Below are positions 9,790 through 40,660 of a DNA stretch of 64,000 nt, piece after piece (position 1 is the stretch's first letter; each line of letters starts with the position of its first letter). This DNA comes from Macrostomum lignano (lineage: Eukaryota). The position numbers and the translations under genes were made by a program. Below the pieces are notes generated by a model. It saw only the letters and a program-made list of their open reading frames with translations, did not search any database and was not told the origin of the DNA. The stretch is from the NCBI GenBank assembly GCA_002269645.1, contig NIVC01001012.1:75553-139552 (forward strand), written 5' to 3'.

Positions 9790-12700
9790 GTCGCACTGCG
9801 ACCGAGGTCGCGGTGCGCAGTGCCGAGATACCATCGACCACCTGTTTGGAGTTAGATGTTAAAATCAACAATACCTACAGCAAGTTTCTTGTGGATACCG
9901 GAGCCTCGGTTTCCATTGTTCCACCTCACCTCGTTAATGCACTCGTTCAAGATACAAACGTTCGTTTAATTACTGCTACCGGAGCCGCCATACCAGTTCG
10001 CGGGTCGGTCCTACTGGATGTCTCAATCCGCGGTTTGCGTCGCGCCTTCCAATGGACCTTCCTCGTGGCGTCAGTGGTGAAACCCATCATTGGTTACGAT
10101 TTCTTGGCTTACCATGGGTTAGTTGTCGATTGTCAGCGCAAACACGTTCGAGACTCAGAAACAGGACTGTCTACTGTTACCTTGTCAATTTCAAATGTTC
10201 ATTGTGGCCCATTCACTGTGTCGGTAGAACTGCCACCCAACCTGGATTCTCGGACGAGTACGCTGTTGACAAAGTTTGCAGATTGTTTTTCTTTCGTTGA
10301 AGGCGGAGCCCTTCCGCCAGCTTCAGAGGTCAAGCATGACACTGTTCACCGGCTAGACACTGGCAGTGGACAACCAATTCACTTGCGACCCCGGCAACTG
10401 CACCCTGCAAAACTACAGGCTGCAAAGCAGGAGTTTCAGCAGCTAATCGATGCTGGCTACCTCAGACCTTCCTCAAGCGCTTGGGCGTCACCCCTCCACA
10501 TGGCACCCAAGGGAGCTGGCTGGCGTCCGTGCGGTGACTATCGCAAATTGAACAAACGAACAAAGCCGGACAACTATCTGGTTCCACACATTCAAACCTT
10601 CACTCGGTACCTACACGGAAGCACTGTGTTTTCAAAGTTAGACCTTGTTCGCGCCTTTCATCAAATTCCAGTTGCCGAAGAGGATATTTGCAAAACCGCT
10701 ATTACCACACCGTTTGGATTGTTCGAGTACACACGCATGCCCTTCGGCCTGAGGAATGCAGCACAAACATTTCAACGCTTCATTGACTCTGTTTTTCACG
10801 GACTGTCATTCGTCATCTCTTACATCGATGATGTCCTGATATTCTCAAAGACTCGTGAGGACCACTACTCACATTTGGAACAAGTTTTGGACCACCTAAG
10901 AACACACGGCCTACAGGTTCATTTGAAGAAGTGCGAATTCTTTCAGTCCGAGGTAGATTTCCTTGGCCATCGCGTGACTCCTGAAGGAATAAAACCTCTC
11001 CAGAAGAAGATCCAAATAATCACTGACTGGCCGACACCCACGGATTCGAACGCACTTCGGCGCTTCCTCGGTGTCGTCGGTTTCTACCGTCGATTCGTTC
11101 CCAACTTTGCCGACTGCATCTGTCGGCTGCAAGACCTACTCACTGCATCACTACAGTCAGCAGGAAACTTCCAATGGACAGAGCAGCATCAGAAATCTTT
11201 CGAAAACATCAAACTAGCTCTCTCAGAGAGACTACTGCTGCATCATCCGGACCCCAACTGTACTGCGTACCACCTGTACACTGATGCATCAGCCGACTGT
11301 GTTGGTGCCGTTCTGCATCAAACCTCTTCAACCGGAACGTCACCTCTTGGCATGTTCAGCAAGAAGTTGTCGTCATCTCAAAGGATGTACAGTACGTTCG
11401 ACCGAGAACTACTCGCGGCGTACCTGGCAGTGTTGCACTTCCGCAGCCTCATTGAAGGACTGAGCGTGACCTTGTTCACCGATCATAAACCACTAGCTCA
11501 GGCCTTCCACGCCAATCGCACCACTACGTCAGATCGCAATCAGCGCTACTTGACCGTCTTGTCCGAGTACGTGGCAGATGTCCAGTACATTCGCGGTGCA
11601 GACAACGTAATAGCTGATGCCCTTTCTCGACTGCCTGACTTCCCAGTGAATGATCACGTGTCCAACATCGCAACAGTCGCTGTAGTCGCTGCCCCATCAA
11701 GCCAATTCCCTGTTGATCTGCCTAGTATCGCTGAAGCACAACGACCGGAGTCGTCCTCAGCTGCACCAAATATTCGATCGTATTCTCTGGACAAAGACGT
11801 CGTCGTTTGGTGTGAGACGTCAACGCCGTATCCTCGCCCGATCATTCCGCCGTCCCTCCGCGACGCCGTGATTGCTTCCTTCCATCGACTTGGTCATTTC
11901 GGCTACCGTAAAACAGCAAAACTCATCACAGAACGTTACTTTTGGCCCGGAATGCGCAAGTCCATCAAGACCTACTGCTGGAACTGCCAGGACTGCCAAC
12001 GGAGTAAAGTCACTCGCCACACTGTCTCCCCGCAACAGGCCTTCGCATTACCATCAAATCGCTTTGAGGCGGTACACATCGATATTGTGGGACCACTTCC
12101 ACCAGCTAATGCTGCCACCAGTCTGCCCGCTACCTTCTCACGATGGTCGACCGCTCGACTGGCTGGCTAGAAGCTACACCACTGGAATCTATAACCGCGG
12201 AAGTAGTCGCCCATGCATTCGTCTCGTCTTGGGTCTCGCGCTACGGAGTGCCACTGTATGTAATCACTGATCGGGGGCGCCAGTTCGAATCAGAATTCTT
12301 TCACTCGGTCTCGTCATCAATTGGTTTTCATCGATTACGCACAACGGCCTACCACCCTCAAACCAATGGCAAGGTCGAGCGAGCCCATCGCACCCTGAAG
12401 ACGATGCTACGTGCTCGAGGCAATGACTGGCTGACAGACCTACCTGTGGCTCTCCTCGCGATGCACGTCGCACCTGACGACCAAGGAATATCACCGTTCA
12501 CCAGGGTTACCGGCGAGCTTCCGATGGTTCCGCGCATCCTAACTTCTGAACCACTCGCCCCAACAGACATTCGGACACGGCTGCAGGAACTGCTGACAGA
12601 GTTACCGAGTCCACACGCGAAGACGCACGAACCACGGAGCTACGTACCCAAGGACCTGGATATGGCTGAATTCGTCTGGGTTCGGGTCGATCGCGTGCGG

Positions 12701-12982
12701 TCGCCGCTCGAGGCGCCGTACTCAGGGCCGTATCGCGTGAAACAGCGAACTGACAAGTTCTTCGTTATTTTCCTACCGTCAGGCAACACCGAATCTGTCT
12801 CTATCGATCGCCTCAAGCCGGCGCGACTTTCGCTTCCGAAGTCGGCTGTTCAGCCGGCCGCGAACTCGCTGCCGGAAAAAGCCGCCAAACCAAAGGAACC
12901 GGTGGACTCATCACCTCCTAGAGCGACCTCTAGCGGCCGCCGAGTCCAATTCCGACGCCATAATGATTACATTTATTATTAA
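9780..12982 (+). CDS. pol: Pol polyprotein PR-RT-RNaseH-integrase (one frameshift near 12115)
   Basis: [33 protein letters not shown], HxxxH..Cxx[28 protein letters not shown] motifs. Confidence 0.95.
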
Positions 12983-13162
12983 CCTTGTAATGTATAACGA
13001 CTACTGACTGCTGTTCCAATGTTCTCAATATTTCTCAATGTTCAACCCCTCATATATAATTTAGCTCGTATTTCAACTGTATAACCGCTTCGTTTCAATA
13101 ATTTAAGCCATGCCACCATTTTATAATTCAGTTACAGTCTCTTTTCCCCGTGCTCCGCAATT

Positions 13163-13173
13163 GGAGGGGGGAG
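13163..13173 (+). promoter_or_regulatory. Polypurine tract
   Basis: GGAGGGGGGAG just upstream of the 3' LTR. Confidence 0.85.
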
Positions 13174-13176
13174 TCG

Positions 13177-13351
13177 TATGGGTATTTTGTTGTACTTTTT
13201 ATTTGCAACTCAGATTTGTCATAAATTACCATAGACTAATTTCCTTTTACAGTTCTTTCTCGCAGTTTAGTTTCTCGCCCCAAGCCCTCTCGTCTTTAAC
13301 TCATAAAATATATTGCAATTCGAATCTAAGTCAAGTTGTAGTTTCACTACA
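13177..13351 (+). repeat. 3' LTR
   Basis: Direct repeat of 8640-8814. Confidence 0.95.
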
Positions 13352-13392
13352 AGTATATCAGGCAATTTGTTTTGAAATATTTTACCAACGCA

Positions 13393-29081
<15,689 letters not shown>

Positions 29082-30383
29082 TGTTCTTTAAGAAAATATT
29101 GGTCGCAACGAGTCTGTTGCTGGCTATCCGGTAGAAAATTTTCAATCGCAGAGTTTTCAATCGTTTCTTATATATTCTGCGCCATAAAGGTGTTCCGTTG
29201 CATGCAGCCAGCAGCATAAAACCCACCATATCTGATTGCAATGCGGTGGACTGCACTAGCATTCACTCTATCTGTTTTGGTGCTTTCAATGCCAATTTCG
29301 CCATGTTTCTGACCGCTTGCCATTACTAGACAGAAATCTCTATCTAATGACTTTGCCATCGAAAGAGACATGAGCGGCAGTTGTTTTTCAGTTCAGACAC
29401 TTTTCGGCCGTGAAATTTCATTAAAAATTTGATAATTTGAGAATTTTCAGAAGAGGAAAAATCGATTTAGATTAAAATAGCTCTCACGAAGAAGACGTTA
29501 TTGTGAATTGTCTTCACGTTTTCGTGCCGTTTGTCTGTTCGAACATTTTGCACATGGGCTTTTTCTCAGTCAGGACTGTCTTTTGATGTGGGACACCCTT
29601 TTGCTCCTTATTATTTTGGACTGTAATCTGAAAGTCTGTCTATTCCCATTGCTTAGCTAATGACTTAGTAATCACTCACTTTAATAAATATGACCCCAGG
29701 TATTTGATTTAGCGCAATTAGCGTTCGAATCGTGCTGAAATTATTCAAACTAGAACAACTGGCCGTTTACGTATTTAACAGCTTAATTATGTCAAGCTAT
29801 ATGCTGATAGAGAAAAGTGCTAACACTGCCGATGTAGAAGTGAAACTGAGGGGAGCTCAAATGATGCAATACTCAATACATTTGTATCAATGTAGGTCGT
29901 ACTTACCGAAGCCACGTATTGCGTGTAAGCCGCAATTTAAAGAGGAAACTTATTTATCATCGCCACTCCATATGCATCAGAGTTCCAGGGAAATAATTTA
30001 GAAAGGCCATGTGATTCCGCGCCGTAGACGAAGGAATTCCCATCATGATAAATTTTTCTACACTATTCAATTCATCCCTCTCATAGAGTCACTTTACACC
30101 GGTTATGTCTAGACTAGAAGTGCCTAGCCCTGTGTTCGCTATTGTAGCGTATGGGAACCGGGATGATTAGTCCTGGTCATCCTGGTCCTAAGCAGCGAGG
30201 CCTGCTGACTGTACATGTACATATCGTCGCCAAAAAATCGAAGCCGGCCCAATTCTCACTCCGCAAAGGTCTCAGCAACAGCAGCTGGTAGCAGTTTTCA
30301 ACAGCAACGGAATCTGGGCAACAATAATAGCAGTATACGTTGTCAGCCAGTCTCAGCGAGTCAAGAGGCAAAGACAACGTAAC

Positions 30384-31700
30384 AGGGCGCGTTTCAGGGC
30401 CTGGGCGCAAACGTACATGTATGCCTCACCATCGGCAGTGTCCAGGGCGCCAGCATCAGCCAGCAGGCAGTCGATGAAGCGCCGAGTGCGCGCCTGTTCC
30501 CGCCGGTAGGGTGCCTGCAGCGTGAGCAACAGCACCTCATGCACCGGCTGCGGGCAGTAGGACTCGGCTCAGATGATATGGCCTGCCAGATGAAGCCTCC
30601 GACGGCGCAACAGTTCGCTGGGACGGGACATACCGGTGCGGCGATAGAGTGCGGCATTGCTGACGTGCTTGAAGCTAATCTTGAAGGCGGTGCACAGCAG
30701 GCCAGCGTGCGCCGCATCGACCTGCTGTTCGAGCGAGTACATCAGCGTCCAGGTCTCAAAGTTGAACAACAGGACGGTCTCGATCACCGCCTGGAACAAC
30801 TTCGCCCTCTAGCAGTCAGGCAGAGCCTTGGACTGCAGAACAGCTCTCACGGAACGGAAGGCAGCCCAGGCAAGTCCGCCGCGTCGTGACAGAAGCTCCT
30901 CGCTTCATGTACACGCAGGCACCAGACCACCGAGGTAGACGAACTGCTGACAGTGCGGAAGCTTCATCACCTGCGCGTCAGCGCCTCGGCAGCCTCGGTG
31001 TCATCGATGTCGTCCGGCACGAAGCCGGAGCACGAAGCGGTCTTCTGTGTGTTCACCACCTGCTCGACGCTCGCCGCAACGCTCACCAGCCGGTCCAGCT
31101 GGCGCCGTGCGCCCTCAACGGTCGAGGACAGCAGGACGAGATCGTCGGCGTAGCCAAGCGCGCTGAGCAGCCAGTCTGGTTGGTGTCGATGCAGCAGGAA
31201 GCCGTCCTCTCTTCTGCCGGCAACGGCGTCCCTGGCGGCAACCTCAGATCGTTTTGCAGCGAGGGCAGCGGTGCGTTAACGATGGCGGCCAAGAATTCGC
31301 GCAGCTCATTTCTGCGCTCATTGGGGGGTATCATCAGCCAGCTCGCCCTGTCAGAGCGTTGATGGCGGACCAGGCCACGCGCCCTTTGGCGTTGAGTCGA
31401 AGGCCTGGATGGCGTCGCCAACAGCAGCTTGTTGCCGCTGCAGGAAGACAGCTGCAAGAGTCTCCTCCGCCTCACGAGTTCGCCGCCTGTTCAGACGGAG
31501 CCTCTGCTTTGGCCTCGCTTGCCGAATCGCAGAGTCTTCCTGCCTCAGTGTAGTTGGCTTGCCCACACCTGTCACCAAGCGTGCTGACGAAGTCGCTAGT
31601 AAAATGGCGACGTGTCTGGGTGGCCTTGAGCGCACGGTACTAGCGCCGCAGTGTCTTCAGCGTCTCGTAAAATCTAGTTTAAATCAGTGTTTTGATTGAT
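30384..31700 (-). mobile_element. Internally deleted, frameshifted RTE-like LINE
   Basis: LGYADDLVLL, FQAVIETVLLFN..WTL, RRRLHLAGHI, LKRAL 3' end. Confidence 0.85.
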
Positions 31701-31768
31701 TTGGCTATTCTTTTATGCTGAAGTTTAGCATTATTTTGCTATCCATTTTACGAGTAGCTGTAGCTGTA

Positions 31769-34446
<2,678 letters not shown>

Positions 34447-35056
34447 CCCCGCTGCCAAGTACACAAAGCGTCGGCCAAAGCAAAGCAAACTTGGGCTGAT
34501 CGAAAGCTTAGAAATAGATCTTCGGTTGGAACAATTGTCTTGTCGTTTAAGCTCTTGGAGGAAAGAATAGAATGGAGTGTGCTAATCTGAGCCAGTTATT
34601 TTTTGTCTTGTTCTGTAGAGATCTCCAAGCTTAGCAGACTACTAAAAGTAGTAAGATAAAAAACATGAATACTATTAAAAAACTAAAATGCGTCATACTC
34701 TATTTTCAGTAATACCTGCAATATCACGTAAACAGCGAGTGATCATTAAATAGTCCGAACAACCGGTTTTCAACCTATATGGTAAATTTCAATTTAAATG
34801 CGACCCAAGCTTCACCCCTTTCTATTGATTCTATTGAGTTATTGAATTTGAAGCCTCCCTATTCCTAAGGGATTGGATAGGATCTGCGGACCGATTTCGA
34901 TACTCTCGGATGATTATTGATTGATTGATTTTGGTACCCTAGAGTAACCGATAGGAGCACACGACTCCGATTTCGTTATTTCTAGGAGAAGACGCCTTTG
35001 TGGAGGACCCTTATACATGTATTGTTATAGAGTTGACTTTGTTATTAGGGCGCATC

Positions 35057-35184
35057 TCTGCACTCGAGGAATATATTGATTTCTGCACTCGAGGAATATA
35101 TTGATTTCTGCACTCGAGGAATATATTGATTTCTGCACTTGAGGAATATATCGATTTCTGCACTTGAGGAATATATCGATTTCA
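35057..35184. repeat. 25-bp tandem repeat, 5 copies (TCTGCACTCGAGGAATATATTGATT)
   Basis: Direct. Confidence 0.9.
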
Positions 35185-35247
35185 GCTTTCCGCATACGGC
35201 CAATTAGCGCACTTGGTTTCCTTATTTTGAGGTACTAATAGATAAAA

Positions 35248-35620
35248 ATGTCTGTCGCGTATTCCGACATAAAAAATTACTTGCTTAGTGGCACATACGA
35301 CGTCCCTGCGTCTTTGACAACAACCAAGGAGAAGAACAACTTCAAAAGCAAGGTTCGGCAAAAGGCGCGCAACTTCAGGTACGAGGGCCAGCAGCTGTTC
35401 TATAAGCTCTCAGCTAGGGATGATAGTCAGAAGAAGCCTGAAGGTTGAAGAGCAAGAAGAACGGAGTCGATTAATTCAAGAATATCACACCTCTGTGACT
35501 GGAGGAGCTCATCAGGGGATAAAGTCCACCCTATCGAAGCGTCAGGGGCGCTTTCATTGGGACGGCATGACAAAATCTGTGCAAGATTACATTCAGAAGT
35601 CAGCGCAACAACAAGAGGGC
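35248..35620 (+). pseudogene. Ginger/GIN-like (Gypsy-type) integrase N-terminal zinc-binding remnant
   Basis: YSDIKNYLLSG.Y...FRY...LFYK, then (frameshift) RLIQEYHTSVTGGAHQGIKST..RFHWDGM..VQDYI; the CxxC half is lost. Confidence 0.7.
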
Positions 35621-37394
35621 CGTGGCGAACGAATCCCAATTGACGCCAATTTTGATTCCGTTGATGGCCGAACGAGTATTCGGTTTTGTCTGCGTTGACT
35701 ACGTCAGGTTCAAGCCATCTTCGAAAGGTGATTGATTAATCGATTAATAGTTTTTGTGGCTATGTGTATCAAATTTAAGTAGCATTCTCTCATTCATTTT
35801 AATGTAAACAACAGCACAATGCTCCACAGGGAATCAATACCTGCTGACAATTTGCTGCAAATTCACCAAATTTGCCCTGGCTTAAACGATATGGAAGTTT
35901 AATAATTCAACATATGCTTGTAATTTCTGTACGCATATTTGTAAAATGTCCACGATTTATTTTAAGGACAGTCTAAATTAGCAATTTACGGAAAAATTAT
36001 TTTTCACGTCAAGCCTTATAATATTATAAAGTGAATTAACTAATTTTGTGTACGCGAGTACTTCATTCAGTTCTGGATTGCTGTTGTCTTTTTGTAGCAA
36101 TATGCACTTTACAGTAAATATTTATTGTCTACTCGCAATGTTGTCGGAATATTTAAAGACGAATAAAATAAGGCATACGATAGTTTCTGCTCAGTGAGTG
36201 AGAGAATTCAAGATGAACGAATGAGTTTGGATAACTGAAAAGTATTTGGCCAAATACGTTTGTCGTCTTGTTTCATTCAGCCGAATAAAACACCCAGCCC
36301 AGCCACACCCAGCCCAGGTATAGGACTTTAAAATCTTGTCAACAGACTTGCGGACGAGAATTTGCGGCTATAAAAACTTTGGCAGTGTTCATGTAGGTGA
36401 TATCAGATCACGGCTTAAACTGATTATTCACAGGTTTTTAATCTCGTAAACCCCAGAGAGAAATCAGCCTAGGAGTGCGCTTGGCATGACTTATGTCGTG
36501 CCGTATTCAATCTGGGCCCAAATAAAATAACGCATCCAAAGTTATTCAGCCGAATACTTTTCTGCCTAGGATAATGGTTGGCGTAACACCGGGGTCCTGG
36601 GGCAGCAGCCCCGGCTACATGTAGCTCTGCGATTATCTTAATTATCGATGACACGTAGTTACTCGTATCAGATTGCTTAATTCGAAAATAATTTATTTTT
36701 GCAGGATTCTTCAAGTAACTTTTGCCAATAAACCTTACATGTACTTATTGTATGCAATAAATGCATGTATACTCGTAACTTTTTGTCAAACAACGTCAAT
36801 TTCGCAAAAAGTTGAGGATGCAATGGTACATTTTTATGAAAATTCAGCCAAGGTGATTAAAAAATATTTTGAGCTCGTCGTTTGGCTTTTGTTCAACTCA
36901 GCTTCATTTAAACACTAATCAAGTGAATTTAAATGTACTGGCCAAGCAAGATGTCAATATTCCACACGTATTTCACGCTAATCTAAAAGTAGATGGATAG
37001 TGAACGTGATAAAGCAATAACGTGATGTAATTTGTACATATGTTACATGTAAATTAGGGAGCGCCGTGGAACAATTACAAAATATTGTACTTTTGTTTCT
37101 GTCTAGACGAAACTATTGAATTCTGATCGACCAAATCAATGTGGAGGAAAAGCACAGGCAGCAGTGTATGCCAGTAATTATAGATTTATACGAGTACTAT
37201 GATGAATTAACAAAGCAGTAAATGAATTTTACGAGAAAAAACTGAATGTACAGAAAGTTTTTATGTATTTAATGTCCGATATTTACAGCGTATTTATACA
37301 GAAGAGTAAATATTCTGTATCAGTAACAGCCTCGGATTCTGATCGCCAGTTTTAAAACAGCGCCCTCTCATTCTTAGTAGGAGAGCAAAGTCTC

Positions 37395-37523
37395 TTATGA
37401 GGCAGCAACAACCCAAAGTACAGTGTTAGTTGGATCTTCCAATAAAGAAATAAAACTGGATTTCCAGCTAGCAGACTCCAACATTATCACTAATTTTGTC
37501 TCTGTAGCTAGCTCTGTTATTAG
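37395..37523 (-). pseudogene. Paralogue Z: isolated terminal (tail) exon
   Basis: TTGATCAG|LITELATETKLVIMLES..KSSF..EDP*, homologous to 51138-51275. Confidence 0.55.
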
Positions 37524-40500
37524 CTGATCAAGCGATTCTGTGTTCTCAGAGTTCTGTCAGAGTTCAGAGTTCTGTGGAGAAGAATAATATGCTTTTTGTT
37601 GCTGTAAATTAATAGTTATAAGTTATTGGAGGGCTCACTCAAATGTTGACCCTCTTTAAAGTCTTCCGTTAGAACATTAAATATTTTGTTTCTTGCCACA
37701 TTGCCACCTATTAGTGCAGAGATTGATCGCAACGAAAATTAAAGAAATCGATTTTTTGAGTAATTTGAAGGTTACAATCCGAATAAATTGATGTCGATCA
37801 CTGCATTAAATCATAAATTCAATTAAATTGACAGCTTCATTCCTGAAAATACAGACTTTTCCTAAGAACAGCCCAGGTAGGACAGTCCCATAAAGGACAG
37901 AACCATAATCAGTATGACGCATTCCAAGCATTCAACCCACCCCGAGCAAAAACTGGAATCCGCTACAGAAATCCCAGTTTGGTGCAAGAAATTGAGCATC
38001 GCATCACTCACAGTTGAAGTGCAGCAGACAGCAGCAGAAGAGTCGCCAGGCTTCTGCCAATCGTTATCTGCAGATTCAGCCGCATGCCGCACTTCCTGCA
38101 CCTAAAAATCGCGATGAGGGTTGAGCGCAGCATGCTGATAATATGTCTGCGTTAGCATTTATAGGTGAGACGTGAGACTGCCAACATGGAAATTCGAAAT
38201 GACATCAAACTTTGCAATACGAGCGTACTTTTAGGTGATCTGATTTCTGTTCTCGTATCCGTAAGTAGTAACAATTACCTTTTCTAAACCCAACCCTGCT
38301 AACCAGGATATTCTGTAATAAAAGCGTGTGGATTTGACTTTTTATTTGATTTTTAATTTAATTTTGCATCTCTAGGTGAGACAGAGTCTTTTCTAAAAGA
38401 TGCTACGGACAAGATACTACACATGTACATATAATACATTGAAAATTCATGGCATCTATTTGAATTTAACGATCATTTAGCAGTAGATATACAATACACT
38501 ATCAAGGACCACTAGCAGTATATGATCCGATCTTAGAGTTTAGCGTCCTGATATGCTGCTAGTGGACCTTGTACACTATACACATAAGCCCCATAAAGAT
38601 TCGAGAACGAGAATGGCTGTTCTTTGAACAAAAGCAGGAAATTTTCTGGGAACAGAGAAAGATTTTGTTAAAATAATGCAGCTAATACTCGTACCTAAGC
38701 GAATTTACCCTTTCTCTCCTACGTCCTTCTCAAACAAATATAATTTGGTAAATAGGATTGTTTAGCATAGCCAACAAGTAGTGCTCAAATTTCTTAAAAA
38801 CTAACGTGCACGAAACTCACTTTCTCAATGAAGCCCAAATTACAGCTCAAAGTCAATTCCGTGGCTTTTCTATGGAAATTTAATCAGTAGAATTGTTTGA
38901 GTAGTGTTGAATTAAAGCAGTGCGAGTCTGTGCGCGCTCTTCATTGTTGCCTCTCAGTTAGCTCAATCTATAGCTAACTAATAGACTACGTACCCGGCCC
39001 TTCAGCTCAAAGCACTCGACTGCAAGGAATAAGATTACGCTCGTACAAGCGTGTAACGTTGGTCTGGCTGATGTCCCTGCTGTCTAAGCTAAAGGATTAA
39101 ACGTTTATTTATTTATTTTCTTAATTAACAGGGACTGTGGTGCACAAACAACATTAATTTCGCCGCTCTTTTTTGTCTCTTTGGTGGAAAATTTAGCTAA
39201 AACTTTGGGGCACGCTTTACATTCACAAGCCTTCCAATTTCTTCAGATTCTGCATTAACAAGATTTTACGTTCCCTAAATGTTTCATTCCCAAATATTCT
39301 CACTCTCAAGATAGCTTTCTTCTGATTTTACATTCCCCAGATTTCACATTCGCTTCAGAGTTCACATTCCCCAGATTTCCCATTCCTTGTCTTTCACATT
39401 TCTCAGATTTCGCCAGCCTCATGTATGTGTCGCGGGTTCGCACCTTGCCCTGCCTGGATTGCCCAGCAAGATTTTTCAAACTTTATATGCATTTTCCCAG
39501 CAGGAGAACACTAATAATTTTGCTCCGGTCATGGGGAGTCAGTCAGACGGAATTTGTCGCAGTCTCGAAAATGCCCGTCGTGCAGGTAAAAGCCTTTGGT
39601 TTTCTATTCCTTAAAAACATAAATTAATACTCGCAGCTTATCTTGCCAGCTTGATGCTGCCTTCAGGACATGTACAATACATAAGTATACAATAGTACAA
39701 TTATGACATGGTAATTTCAGTCGGTTGGTTATGACATTCCGAATTTGTAAAATCAATGCAGCAGCTACAGCCTTAATTTGAGATGCTTTAGCAACTGCGT
39801 CACATCTTAAATGTTTTTACTATTACAACGCGGCTCGTATTTATGCAAATAATCAATTTTCCCTACAGAATTTTTACAATCTTACAGCTGCATCATTATT
39901 AAATTCCATAATTATTCTTCTTTCTCATTTTTGTTGTATTTATTTTTATTTAATTTAGGTATTAATTAAAGGAAGTTTTTCGATTGCCTACTTTCTAGAT
40001 TATTCTTGGAAGTACGACGTATCTCTGTGACTACCTTAATCATCATTCACTTTGTTATCAGCTTGCATAATTCTTGAATAGCTTCATTTCTGCTGGATTC
40101 TTAAAGTGACAGGTTAATCAATATTTTTTTTTATAAAATTTCGTTGGCATATGCAGCAATATACGCTTGTAAATTCACACCAATTACAAACTTAAGTTTC
40201 GCAGACAGATAAAAAGATAAACTACAGATAAGATGAGATACAGATAAAATGGTTAGGTTAGTAGGTCAAATGTTAAACAATGCCCAAAATTGTCCATGCA
40301 CTCGTTTTTTTCACCACTGTTTAATTCAGCAACAAACTAAGCAGTCAATCCTTATTCCACACATCTTTCGCGTTAGTGCAGTGAAAACATCAAAAGATGT
40401 GTGGATGGATAAGGTAAAGCAGTGAATGAATTCTAAGTAAATGAAATATTTATAATATTTACAGCGATTACAGCATTTATAAAGCAGAAAAATAGTTGCA

Positions 40501-40535
40501 TAATAGTGACAGCATAAGTGTACAGTGATCACTCG

Positions 40536-40660
40536 CAGCTGGCAGGCCACGTCATCCGCGCCGAGGCCTACTGTCCGGAGCCGGTGCAGGAGGTGCTGCT
40601 ACTTACGTTGCAGGCACCCTACCGGCGGGGACAGGCGAGGACTCGGCGCTACGTCGACTT
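40536..40660 (+). mobile_element. RTE-like LINE 3' fragment
   Basis: QLAGHVIRAEAYCPEPVQEVLLLTLQAPYRRGQARTRR matches the 30.4-30.6 kb copy. Confidence 0.85.

Larger units (their letters stand above)
8640..13351 (+). mobile_element. Full-length Ty3/Gypsy LTR retrotransposon (CsRN1/Boudicca-like)
   Basis: Two 175-bp LTRs, TSD AGTA (8636-8639 and 13352-13355), PBS, PPT, gag, and PR-RT-RH-IN order. Confidence 0.97.
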
